Below are positions 52,598-64,000 of a stretch of 64,000 nt of DNA, piece by piece (positions within the stretch are counted from its first letter, which is position 1; every line of letters starts with the position of its first letter). The notes under the pieces were generated by a model. The model was not told the origin of the DNA, searched no databases, and worked only from the letters and a program-made list of their open reading frames with translations. The translations under genes were made by a program, and so were the position numbers. Source of the DNA: Squalus acanthias. Taxonomy: Eukaryota. The stretch is from positions 64,482,001 to 64,546,000 of the forward strand of contig CM059438.1 in the NCBI GenBank assembly GCA_030390025.1. The letters run 5' to 3'.

Positions 52598-52722
52598 CAC
52601 CACACGGACTGCAGCGGTTCAAGAAGGCGGCTGACCGCCACCTTCTCAAGGGCAACTAGGGATGGGCAATAAATGCTGGCCTTGCCGGCGATGCCCACAT
52701 CCCGCGAACGAATAAAAAGAAA
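52598..52722 (+). mobile_element. 3' tail of the 43236-44545 LINE family
   Basis: CACCACACGGACTGCAGCGGTTCAAGAAGGCGGCT...GGGCAATAAATGCTGGCC. Confidence 0.85.
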
Positions 52723-53400
52723 AGCTTAGGTTCAGAAATTTGGAGGTAGCCAAAAGGAAGTGCTTTGCAGATGGAAGCTGAGATCTCAAACCAGTGCCAA
52801 CCAAGAGGAGCTTATGAACGGAGCTTACAGAGGGTAACGAAAAACCACTTGGAGAATCATTCCCATCATCTGTATTTGGATGTTAGAGACCTTTACCTGA
52901 ATTCTCTGCTACTTTACTGAAATTCAGATACCTAGCTGCGGTTAGAGAAAAAAGTCTCACTTACGTTTCTCAAAGCTGCGGATTGAATGACGAGAAATTA
53001 TTTTGACATCCCCCCCCAACTCTCCGTCCCCGCCCCATTTCCGACAGCTCAGTGGACAGCTGCACCACTGGTCCAGTCCCTGGTCTGTAATGAGTTAGAT
53101 GATTTTGCCTGGGCAGCATTATGGTGCTACAGTTGTCTTCCGAGTCCCTGTTTGACACAGCTTTGCAAAGTGCCAGTCTCGGTTCTGTCTGGGGAAACCC
53201 TGCTGGAAACCAGATGTGGGTGTCGAGCGAACTGGGCTTGGCTGTGATGCCGCACCACGGTTGATTGGCCCACAAACAGTCGCTGTCTAGGTTCACATGC
53301 GGGTAAGGAACTGGGCAGGGAGGTCCTCGTGAATGTCGAGCCCTACTACAGTATCGGACAGCACCTTCAGGAAAGGAGGGTAGAAAATTTGAGAGGGGCA

Positions 53401-53450
53401 GGGTGTGGTGGGGGGGGGGGGGGGGGGGGGGGGTGGGGGGGGGGGGTGGA
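53401..53450 (+). repeat. Long poly-G tract (G-quadruplex-capable)
   Basis: Runs of >20 and >10 consecutive G. Confidence 0.85.
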
Positions 53451-54010
53451 AGAGGGAAACGAGGGGGAAGGGGAAAATCATTTTAACAGCCAAGCTTGAT
53501 TATAGTCTTGTAAATCCTGGCAATCCTTCTATTTGATTGATAGAATCCCCGCTTCAAAACAGAAAAGTACTACCACATGTGCAAATGTTGAATTGATGAT
53601 GAGAAAATATGGTGCTGTGCTCTGCTTTTAGTATCCATGCAGCAAAGTACTTAAATAGTGACTAATAATGTATGGGCTCAACCTCCCATTCCCACATCTC
53701 ATTAGCAATTCTTTTGGTAACCAATTGGTAGAGTATGTTGTGAGGCAGCAGCTTCCTTTGATAATCTATTTTGGTTCTTGTATTTCATTTAGCAAATAAT
53801 AGCAAGACCTTTTCTACGCGAGCTTAATGAGATGTTGCAAATCTATGTTTTTTTAAATTACTCTTGACAGCTTTTTCCACCAGTTTTGTCCCGTCCTCTT
53901 CTCTCCTGAAGGCCATTGTGCTCAGTGGGTAGCACTCTCTACATTGAGTCAGAAGGTTGTGGTTCATGTCCCACTCTTGAGACTTGAGCACAAGAATCCA
54001 GGCTGACACT

Positions 54011-55668
54011 TGTAGAATTTGCAAATTATCGCGATTTCAAAATAATGAGAAAGAGACATACAGTTTCGTAAAAACAGCTTTATTTCAGCAAAATGCTGTC
54101 AGGTTCAAAAACGGACACAAGAAGCCTGTAAAATGGCCGCCGCGCCTCGTGGCAGAAGGTTCCAGATTTTCTCAGTAGGCAGACAAGATGGCGTTTCAAT
54201 AAACATTTCAGCAAGATCGGACAGTGCTCAGCATATTGATATAAGACAAGACGCGATTGTTTTGCATTTCTAACACCTAAGCAAGAAATATAAGTGTTGG
54301 AATCAGTTTTCCATACACAAACGGGAGCTATTGTACTGGGCAATCAAGGGCCCATCCAAAGACATTGATACGCAAATTCCCCACGGCTCTACGATGAGAG
54401 AGCCGTTCGCGGGTACTCACAACAAGAATTTGGAGGCCCCCAAAACCCCTCCAGGGAGACTCCTAGCCGGTTCCACAATGGGAGAAATATTAACGGGTAC
54501 TTAGACAGTTACAAGTATCACCGAAACCCATTAACGACAAGAACCACCCCATACAAGAAATTTGAGCGCCAAAACATGACAAAAGATGAACATTAAGTTT
54601 GGGCGGGAGATAAGGAATTACAGTACTATAACTGTAGTGTCCAAGCGCCCATCGCTCTCTTATCCTTTTCATTCGCTTGGAATCATCTCTTGGCTATTAT
54701 CCCGGACGACCGTTACTCTCTCTTGTTCCGCTGATCCCTTTTGGGGTCAACCTCGTGGCGCGCTGCGAAATCGGGTGCACCATCCCGAAGGTCGGTAAAC
54801 GGTGTCTGGACCCGAAGGCCCGAGGAGATGAGATGAGATGAGAAGAGAAGAAGAAGAATCCACGTGCCGCCGCGGTCAGTAAACCCCGACCGCGCCCGTA
54901 AATATAAAGACCATTTTTGAACTCTATCAGGTTGCTGCATGAACTGGTCAAAGACTTTTCTTCGAATCTTATCGACAACCGGTGTCAATACAGGAAGACT
55001 CTTCTTTGAATTTTACCGGTTAAGTGGTGTCGGTCCAGAAAGACTTTTCTTTGAGTTCTACAGCCGGGCCCGAGCACTGTCGAGTTCTTCATGACAGCAG
55101 ACGGTCCAGCCTGCTTGCAGCAGCAGAACGAGTAAACAAGTGGGGTACAGAGACCCCTGATCGACACGTGAATAGTCAGGTGCTGTGGCGAAAACATCCG
55201 AGCATCGGTTTAGAATTCTCCGAGTTATCACGAGTGGTGAGCATGGTTCTCGATCCTACAGATCTAGATTAGGACAGGTATTAACAGGGGAGGGTTTTGT
55301 TATAAGGATAATTATAATGTGTGTCCCCTTTTGCGATGTGTCGTGCGCTCCTCGTTTCCCTAAACCTAGTTGCATAAATGTATGTAAGCTTGTACTGTCA
55401 TTAATCTGTGCTTATGACATGTATTTCGTAATCTTGAACAATATGCAATAAAGATTTTCCATTTCGTACTATTCAACCGGGTCTACCTGAGTTTTCTCTG
55501 CATTATTGCTCTCGCACTTAAGTCCAGTGTCAGAACCGTAAGGGCGAGTGGGTCGAACCACTCACAGGTGTCTAGTGCTACCAGGCTGGCTGGAGACCAG
55601 AACAGGCAACAAGGCCTAACCCCGCACTAGCACCCAGGCTGAGCACAGAGCCAGGCGAACCCCTTACA
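54011..55668 (+). mobile_element. 1658-bp solo LTR (retrovirus/Gypsy type), copy 1
   Basis: Termini TGTA...TACA; 4-bp TSD CACT (54007-10, 55669-72); AATAAA near 55447; no recognisable ORF; second copy at 59300-60880. Confidence 0.85.
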
Positions 55669-55860
55669 CACTCCAGTGCTGTGCTGAGGGAGCGCTGCAC
55701 TGTCAGAGGTGCCGTCTTTCAGATGAGACACTAAACCAAGGCCCCGTCTGCTCTCTCAGGTGGGCGTAAAAGATCCCATAGCACTATTTTGAAGAAGAGC
55801 AGGGGAGTTCTTCCCAGTGTCTCGGCCAATATTTATTCCTCAAACAACATCACTAAAAAC

Positions 55861-56082
55861 ACAAAAGGCAAAATACTGCGGATGCTGGAAATCTGAAATA
55901 CAAACAGAAAATGCTGGAAATACTCAGCAGGTCAGGCAGCATCTGTGGAGAGAGAAACAGAGTGAATGTTTCAGGTCTGTGTGGTCTGATGAAGGGTCAC
56001 AGACCTAAAATGTTAACTCTGTTTCTCGCTCCACAGTTGCTGCCTGCCCTGTTGAGTATTTCCAGCATTTTCTGTTTATATT
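55861..56082 (+). repeat. Penelope-like foldback element with a degenerate hammerhead core
   Basis: Arms 55896-55981 and 55998-56082; CTGATGA-A-GGGTC-ACA-GACCT-AAAA starting at 55986. Confidence 0.75.
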
Positions 56083-56842
56083 CCACATTGCTGTTTTTGG
56101 GAACTTGCTGTGTGCAAATTGACTGCTACATTTACCTACATTACAACAGTGACTACACTTCAAAAGTACTTCAGTGGCTGTAAAGCGCTTTGGGATGTCC
56201 TGAGATCGTGAAAGGCGTTATAGAAATTCAAGTTTTTCTTTTCTTTATGGTTCTCCAATCATCCAAGCTTTTACTTATCGAGGCTGTCCGTGACCTTACT
56301 GCACTCCCAGATTTCATTGCTTTGTTACTCTCTCTCCTGCATTCCTCCCTTCCTCTAACAAATTACTTCCTGCTCCTCACAGAATTTGACACTAGTTTTT
56401 ATTGTATAGCTTTCACTGTCAACTTACTATCTTGTGCGTTCATCTAATAATCACCCCACACTCCAACGCATTACTGATTAAACTAGTCACCAGAACATGG
56501 ACTGCATTTTGTTTAATGGGGGTATTTTTGACTGGGGCTACCCACCTTCGTTTCTTTGTAATTGATATCTTCCTTTAGGTCTCCTCCTTCCTTTTTACCT
56601 GGAAAACACTGGAGTGTCTACTTAGAGCTTCCCTGCTCAGCATTACTGAGATTAGAAACTGAGCATAACAGCCTGCATCTGTCCCCACTTCATGTCACTG
56701 AGTAGAACTGCACCAATACAGTACTAACATACTGCTCAACTTGACTACATTCTGAGGTGCAAATGACCTAGAAAGTTCAACTGTCTCTCCCTGCATTTTT
56801 GTTAATGCAAAGGCACTCTCCCAGGTCCATTGTAGCTTACAG

Positions 56843-57290
56843 TGTCAGCTGTGGCTCAGTTGGTAGCACACTTGCCTCTGAGTCAGAAGGTTGTGGGTTC
56901 AAGTCCCATTCCAGGGACCTGAGACACACAAAGTTAGGCTGACACTCCAGTGCGGTGCTGAGGGAGTGCTGCATTGTCAGAGGTGCCGTCTTTCGGATGA
57001 GACGTTAAACCGAGGCCCCGTCTGCTCTCTCAGGTGGACGTAAAAGATCCCATGGCACTATTTCGAAGAAGAGTAGGGTTGTTATCCCTGGTGTCCTGGC
57101 CAATATCTATCCCTCAACCAAAAAAACAGTTTATCTGGTCATTATCACATTGCTGTTTGCGGGAGCTTGCTGTGTGCAAATTGGCTCCCACATTACAACA
57201 GTGACTGCACTCCAAAAGCACCTCATTGGCTGTAAAGCGCTTTGAGACGTCCAGTGGTCATGAAAGGCGCTATAGAAATGCAAGTCTTTC
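56843..57290 (+). mobile_element. Full-length Deu-domain tRNA SINE (SacSINE1/AmnSINE1-like)
   Basis: Box A TGGCTCAGTTGG, box B GGTTCAAGTCC, Deu core GGTGCCGTCTTTCGGATGAGACGTTAAACCGAGG...AAAGATCCCATGGCACTATTTCGAAGAAGAG, L2-like tail. Confidence 0.9.
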
Positions 57291-58397
57291 TATATTTTTA
57301 TATAATAGCACATCCTTTTGAGCAGATGCTAAGGCCACTTTCATCCAATTTAAAATATACAGCCATATGAAAAAGCACAGGACAAGACCAGTTGGTTCAT
57401 CAAGCCTGCCCTATCCTGACCTGTTGCAATCTACAGACACTATCAGCCCAATCCCTCCTATTCCTCAACTCCCCCACCCCCCTCCCATACAGTCATGCAA
57501 TCTCCTTAGGGAGACACAAACAAAAAATCTGAGAGCAATTTAGGAAAAACAAACTCTGGGCAATTTCTCTCTGACCCCTAAAGGGAATCAAGCAAGCTCT
57601 AGCAGATCACCGTGCTTGATCTTATTTGTACTCCTTAACCCATATGCCTACTATAACTCGAGAGAATTGTAAATCTTGCAGGTAAAGCAGCATGACTTCG
57701 AAGAGCCATTTACTCCGGCATGAGCAATGTTTAAATTGGAGGCTATTATACAGAGTGCTAAGACAAACAAATATTCTTGTGTGCAGTGAAGCACGCAGAG
57801 AGTTGCTGATCTTAGTCTGGTTGCCATGAGGATATGATGCGCAGGAGCCAGATACTTTGAACAGAGTGGGGCAGAAATGTAAAGGGCGAGCCCCTTCAAA
57901 CAATCTCCTGCACTTCCGAGCAACCGGCTCCAGTGACGTTGATGATCTCGGAGGATGCTCGTCTGCTCTCTTCACAGAGTTGACGCATGGCAGAGGGGGA
58001 CAGCGAGCAAGGTGTGGAGAAAAAAAATAACCCTTTACATGAGGAAGAACAATCTGATCACAGCATTAATACCACATCTCATGGCAGGTAGTATTGACGG
58101 TGTTCAATTCTCTTTGCTGATGGCTTTCATCCTGTGTGACAGTGCAACACTGCCTGTATAATTACCCCTTCATCTTTAGATTCCTGGAACTAGTTTATGG
58201 TTGCCAAGGATTCGAGTGTTTAACAGACAGGTACGGACAACTAACTCTCAAGACAATTACTATATTTTTACATCCTCTGGTGAAATGATAATTTCACCTC
58301 GTGAAGCGTCTGCAAACAGCTTCAACAACACACAGTGGTAGCGGCAGCTGTTAATGACTGTACAGATCCCAAATTTGCATCTCTGTTTATTTCCTAA

Positions 58398-58470
58398 GAC
58401 CTGCTGAGCGTTTCCAGTATTTTCTGATTTTAGTTCGGATTTCCCACATCCGCAATATTTCGCCCTTTTG
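58398..58470 (-). repeat. Partial copy of the Penelope-like foldback family
   Basis: Reverse complement of 55862-55933. Confidence 0.65.
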
Positions 58471-58519
58471 TTCATTTTTTTTTCGTGTCTGAGTCCTGGT
58501 TCAATATCTGTCCAGACTA

Positions 58520-58700
58520 AAGAAAGGACTTGCCTTTCTGTCGCACCTTTCTTGACCTCAGGACATCCCAAAGCGCTTTATAGCCAATCAAACACTTTTG
58601 AAGTGTAGTCACTGTTGTAATGTAGGAAACGCGGCAGCCAATTTGCGCACAGCAAAGTCCCACAGACATCAATGAGATAAATCACCAGAATAACCTGGCT
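58520..58700 (-). mobile_element. Deu-SINE 3' fragment
   Basis: Reverse complement of the tail at 57130-57290. Confidence 0.8.
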
Positions 58701-59299
58701 AATGCTTCCTATCATTGATAGATGCTCGGGGTTCAAGCAGGACACTGGACGGGAGTCCATAAGCACAAATCTAACTGAAATTTAGTCGTGTCACTCAGGC
58801 CAGAGAGAAGCTCGTGGGGAAATGAAATATTCACATTAATTGGGGATTCTAAGGTTGGACTGAAGGTGCGATGTCTAATGTTTTCCCACTGCTATTTATT
58901 AGAATAGTGTTAACCATCAATAATATCACTGATCACATCATGTAAGGGGTTTAAAATGCTCACTGCCAGTCTACTAATTCACCCTTCCCAGGAGTATCAG
59001 TTGGGAACCAGCATAAGGGCACGGAAAATAGGACTGGCTCTCCCAGATTGGTGAACTTTGGGGCCCAACATCTAATTTTCCTTTTTGTTTCCTAGTGCTA
59101 CTCTATATGGGGACTGGATCCATTTGAGCATGTCTTGAACCTGCCAAGTTGTACCTCAAGTCTCTTCAATGTTACATGATGACATAGTTGTGCCCTTGAT
59201 GGATTTCTATCCATTTTTTGAAGGAAGTATCTAAATATTGAGCCAGATACCATTTGTGCTTTTAGGGGCCAGTCTTCCATTCCTTATTGATGATGACTG

Positions 59300-60880
59300 T
59301 GTAAGGGGGTTCGCCTGGCTCTGTGCTTAGCCTGGGTGCTAGTGCTGTGTTAGGCCTTGTTGCCTGTTCGGGTCTCCAGCCAGCCTGGTAGCACTAGACA
59401 CCTGTGAGTGGTTCGACCCACTCGCCCTTACGGTTCTGACACTGGACTTAGGTGCGAGAGCAATAATGCAGAGAAAACTCAGGTAGACCCGGTTGAATAG
59501 TACGAAATGGAAAATCTTTATTGCATATTATTCAAGATTACAAAATACATGTCATAAGCACAGATTAATGACAGTACAAACTTACATACATTTATGCAAC
59601 TAGGTTTAGGGAAACGAGGAGCGCACGACACATCGTAAAAGGGGACACACATTATAATTATCCTTAAAACAAAAACCCTCCCCTATCAATACCTGTCCTA
59701 ATCTAGATCTGTAGGATCGAGACTCATGCTCACCACTCGTGATAACTCGGAGAATTCCAAAACGCTGCTCGGATGTTTTCGCCACAGCACCTGACTATTC
59801 ACGTGTTGATCAGGGGTCTCTGTACCCCACTTGTTTACTCGCTTTGCTCCGGCTAGCAGGCTGGACTGTCTGCTGTCATGAAGATCTGTGTTGACCTCGG
59901 AATTCTGATACTACTCGAAAAAGAGTCTTCCTGTGCCCTACACCGGTTGTCGGTAGAACTCGAAGAAACGTCTTCCAGGGCCAGTTGTGGAGTAGCCGAT
60001 AGAATTCGAAGAAGTGGTTAATCGATTTTCGGGCGCGGTCGGGGTTTACTGACCGCGGCGGCACGTGAAGTCGTCTTCTTCTCTTCTCATCTCATCTCCT
60101 CTCCTCTCGGGCCTTCGGTTCCAACACCGTTTACCGACTTCTCGGGATGGTGCGCCCGCTTACAGGCCTTCGCAGACCAGCTCTCCACAGATCTTCGCGG
60201 CAAGCCACGAGGTTGACTCCCGGAAAATCAGCGGATCAGAGAATAAGATTCAAGAGTTCTCTAGCGAGTCAAAGGAATAAGAGAAAGATGGACGTTTGGA
60301 CACTACAGTTATAGTACTGTAATTCCTTATCTCCCGCCCAATCTTAATGTCCATCTTTTGTCATGTTTTGGCGCTCAAACTTCTTGTATGGGGTGGTACT
60401 TGTCGTTAATGGGTTTCGGTGATACTTGTAACTGTCTGAGTACCCGTTAATATTTCTCCCCTTGTGGAACCGGCTAGGAGTCTCCCTGGAGGGGGTTTGG
60501 GGGCCTCCGAATTCTTGCTGTGAGTACCCGCGAACGGCTCTCTCATCGTAGAGCCATGGGGAATTTGCGTATCAATGTCTTTGGATGGGCCCGTAATTGC
60601 CCAGTACAATAGCTCTCATTTGTGCATGGAAAACCTGATTCCAGCACTTATATTCCTTGCTTGGGTGTTAAAATGCAAAACGATCTCGTCTTGTCTTATC
60701 TCAATATGCTGAGTCCTGTCCGATCTTGCTGAAATGTTTATTGAAACGCCATCTTGTCTGCCTACTGAAAGTCTAGAACCTTCTGCCACGAGGCGTGGCG
60801 GCCATTTTACAGGCTGCTTGTGTCCGTTTTGAAACCTGACAGCATTTTGCTGAAATAAAACCGTTTTACGAAACTGTATG
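59300..60880 (-). mobile_element. Solo LTR, copy 2 (5' ~45 bp not seen, abutting a MITE)
   Basis: Reverse-complement homolog of 54057-55668, beginning TGTAAGGGG at 59300. Confidence 0.9.
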
Positions 60881-61244
60881 GGGTAAAAATTCAGTTGGTT
60901 GCGCCTCCCGTTAGCGCCTTAAGAGGGCGCTAATGGGGCGCAAAGCCGCTAACGCCCGGGTGCAGCGATGTTTGCGCCACTTGGGAACTTAACTAGACAT
61001 TGTGCGGCGGCGCTAAACTTTACCGCTGCGACCACCTGCGCGCGCAGATTGTGACGTCATTCCATGGTGCAACGCCCTTGTGGCGCCCCGGAGCGGAAAT
61101 TGAGTGGCGCCCCCTGCCTTACCGCCTGGCGCATCCAACGACCAGAAGACTGGAACGCTATCAATCGCTGTGGGGCTGGGGGGGGCGCTATTTAAAGGGG
61201 GCCTCTTCCTGTCTTTTATTGTTGGTGGCATTTTTGAACTACGC
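60880..61244. mobile_element. Left part of a Harbinger MITE of the 4957-5849 family
   Basis: GGGGTAAAAATTCAGTTGGTTGCGCCTCCCGTTAGCGCCTTAAGAGGGCGCTAATGGGGCGC is near-identical to 4957-5020. Confidence 0.85.
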
Positions 61245-61813
61245 CTCCAATGCAAGTATATTCCTCCTTAAATAAGGAGACCAAAACTGCACGCAGTACT
61301 CCAGGTGTGGTCTCACCAGCGCCCTGTACAGTTGTAGCAAGACTTCCCTACTTTTATACTCCATCCCCCTTGCAATAAAGGCCAACATTCCATTTGCCTT
61401 CATAATTACTTGCTGTACCTGCATGCTAACTTTTTGTGTTTCATGTACGAGGACCCCCAGATCCCTCTGTATAGCAGCATTATGTAGTCTCTCTCCATTT
61501 AAATAATACTTTGCTTTTTTATTTTTCCTACCAAAGTGGATAACCTCACATTTTCCCACATTATACTCCATCTGCCAAACTTTTGCCCACTCACTTAACC
61601 TATCTGTATCCCTTTACAGTCTCTTTGTGTCCTCCTCACAACTTGCTTTCCCACCTATCTTTGTATCATCAGCAAATTTGGCTACAGTACACATGGACCC
61701 TTCATCCAAGTCATTAATATAGATTGTAAATAGTTGAGGCCCCAGCACTGCTCCCTGTGGCACCCCACTAGTTACAGTTTGCCAACCTGAAAATGACCCA
61801 TTTATCCCGACTC
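61245..61813 (-). mobile_element. CR1 internal fragment
   Basis: ORF 61239-61571 KCEVIHFG...LVRPHLEYC and upstream KFADD. Confidence 0.9.
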
Positions 61814-61816
61814 TTT

Positions 61817-64000
61817 GAGCTCGATTTTAACAGCCCTGAGGAGGCGGGTTTTGGAGGCGGCTCAGCTGCTAAAATCGGAAAAAAATGGCTTCAGACACCC
61901 AACCCGCCTCCATCCCGCCCCCACACAATTTTCCTGAGTGTCTGCTCAGCTGCTTCCAAACAGACCCGACTCCAACCTGGTGGGACAGGTAGTTAAGGCA
62001 GTTAAGAGCCTGTTAACTGCCTTGATAATCCTATTTTGACAGAGGTTTCCCATTTTCCTGCCTCTGGCTCCTGTTTCCCGCCTTGTCAGAAACAGTCCGG
62101 CTGCAAGGAGACGAGTTGGTGGAGACATGATCTGTAGTCATTATTGGTGCAGAACTTTAAAAGCGCTCCTGTAACATGGCTGGCATTCAAATGCAACAAC
62201 TTTGTTGTTGGAGGTTTGGGATAAGATTTTGCAAATCTACTGACCTTGTGACTGGTCAAGCTGACACACATCTGCTGTTTGAACTGATTGGAATAATTTC
62301 AGGCCACTTTGAGTGTGCGCTTGCGAGCTTCTTGCCTCAACTGAAATCTATAACAATGGGATGAGAACCATTTCCATCCTGTCATCCTAGTTGTCAGATT
62401 CAGAGGAAGAGCAGCGTGACTTAGTGCTGCCAGAGGAACAAGTGGCTCAGCACACAGCCTCCTTGGAGGAAGATGAAGAGGACGAGGAAGAAGACGAGGA
62501 GGAGGACGAGGAGGAGGACGGGGAGTGACACCTTGCGGGGCCGGATGTGGCCAATTCAGCAGCAGGTGACCACATTGCTGGCTGTCAGGCAAGGGATGCA
62601 CTCATCCATGCCAGATTCACATGAGCTTACACTTCAAATCCAGGTGGCTGGCAGATGGAGATGAAGATAAGGTCAAGATTCTTAACACACCATACATCAT
62701 CTGTCCAATAAATGGTGCTTTCCAATCACTGTCACTACCATCATTATAAATGGAATTAGTCCTGAGCCCTCACTGTGCAACTTCCATTTCCCAGATAACA
62801 TAGACCAGAACCTCAACTGCTTGCCATCACTTTTGTTTAATGACATCACAAAAGGAGGACACTCGATAATTTACAACACAATAAAACACCCATGTGACTA
62901 CCCTTGTGACTATTTGTGTGTTAACTTCCTCTTACGCGTGCTTCTACGTGGTGCTTCCCCTGTGGCTTCAGCAGATGTAGAGGCACCTTGCTCACGTTGA
63001 TGCTGCGTCTGCCTAGATGCCTTTGGCGGGCATCCTCTGGGTTTGGGAGCCTGGGAGGACTCCTCCACAGTCTGCTCTTCCTGCGGCTATGTCGGGGCTG
63101 AGACAGCCATCTCAGTTTGGTGTGGAATCTGGGCCTCTGACTGAGGGCTCTGCAGTGGCATGGTCGTGTGAGCACTTGGAGAGGAGCCCACTCTTCCTTG
63201 TTGCCTGCCACCAACATCCATCTCATGGGTCAGCCGCACTTCAGTGCTAGCAAGTGGCTGGAGAGCACCGTGCTGCACATCAGGAAGACCATGAGGACCC
63301 GTGTCTGTACTGGCAGTCCTCATAACAAGGACGTCCATGAAACTCTGCTATCTTCTCCTCAATAGATGCCCATCTCTCCTCCATTGCAGACAATCTATTT
63401 TGAAGAGTCACCATGTTTTCATTAGTCTGGCGACTTATGTCCTCCATGCGGTTGCCACCCTCTCCATGGCGGCATGTTCATGCGCCATTGCCTCCGCAAA
63501 GACAGTGTTCATGTTGGAGATGGACTCCTCCATTTTCTCCACACTCGCAGTTACCCTGGATGCAAACCCTGTCAGAGACTCCTGCACTTGTTCCTGGAGT
63601 TCCAGCACCGCTGTCTTTCTGGATGGCCCCAGAGGCACAGCGTCTACATGCAGCTGAGCAGAGTTAGGGGAGTCGTGCGACCTCCGACGAGGACTCTCCT
63701 CTGCTGTCCCTGTCTCCACCATCTGCTGATACTCACTTGTGAGCTGTGATACACCAGGTGACAACACTGCTCTATGTCACGAAGGCCCCGCCAAGGTGTG
63801 TGTTTCTGCACTGGTGCTGGGTGCTCTGAGTCCTGGTGACGCTTCTCCCTCAGAGGCTGCAGATTCCTCTGAGGAGTCGTCTGGCTCTTCCTCCTGGACA
63901 GTGGGGCGGGGGGCTCTCGATGGTCCTGTGAGAGAGTAAAGGCATGAGTTAGACATCAGATTTTCAGGTAGCAGACACATCCTTTTGTGCAGATGATCAG
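61817..64000 (-). mobile_element. Harbinger (second lineage) with deleted transposase and Myb-gene 3' exon, running off the window
   Basis: Left end GAGCTCGATTTT with blocks shared with 17649 and 39635; acidic GAG-rich remnant at 62465-62520; minus ORFs 63435-63980 resemble the acidic Myb exon 3 in composition. Confidence 0.65.

Larger units (their letters stand above)
53912..56240 (+). mobile_element. Deu-SINE hosting two nested insertions (LTR 54011-55668 and Penelope foldback ~55861-56082)
   Basis: Head 53912-54010, Deu domain 55669-55860 and tail 56084-56240 are colinear with the intact copy at 56843. Confidence 0.85.

Noticed and set aside
52965..52975. 11-nt microexon on the minus strand (CCGCAG|CTTTGAGAAAC|GTAAGT)
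   Set aside because: Splice signals are good, but it is frame-shifting and no gene context supports it
53030..53400. Ancient tRNA-derived SINE
   Set aside because: Only a vague head and tail resemblance; too decayed to support without a profile search
54906..55062. CRISPR array
   Set aside because: Repeats are degenerate, spacers are short and mutually related, there are no cas genes, and the context is a vertebrate LTR
56843..56915. tRNA gene
   Set aside because: Boxes A and B are the SINE head and continue into the Deu domain; the same applies at 53912 and ~44860-44920
54011..60880. One large element with inverted LTRs/TIRs (DIRS- or foldback-type)
   Set aside because: Copy 1 has its own TSD and the host SINE resumes right after it; the interval is ordinary SINE and unique DNA with no RT or recombinase

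Overview
A repeat-dominated vertebrate genomic window, most likely from a cartilaginous fish (shark). This is inferred from the repeat repertoire: HER1-like CR1 LINEs, L2, RTE, Deu-domain tRNA SINEs of SacSINE1 type, Penelope-derived palindromes and many PIF/Harbinger elements. No intact host gene could be recognised. Every ORF with a recognisable protein is a decayed transposon ORF (CR1/L2/RTE ORF2, a Gypsy gag, a Harbinger DDE transposase and its spliced Myb/SANT partner). Highlights: (1) a full-length 3.76-kb Harbinger with convergent transposase and Myb genes, plus several derived MITE families with different 3-bp TSDs; (2) two inverted copies of an unusual 1.66-kb TG..CA solo LTR (4-bp TSD) carrying a hypervariable ~44-bp-period repeat/spacer array; (3) Penelope-type foldback elements, one with a degenerate hammerhead ribozyme core; (4) a MITE family carrying a promoter-like module between outward-facing splice donors; (5) a ~280-bp-arm inverted duplication; (6) a repeated non-TE motif near candidate minus-strand exons. 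Boundaries without a stated TSD are approximate and family names come from motif recognition, not database searches.
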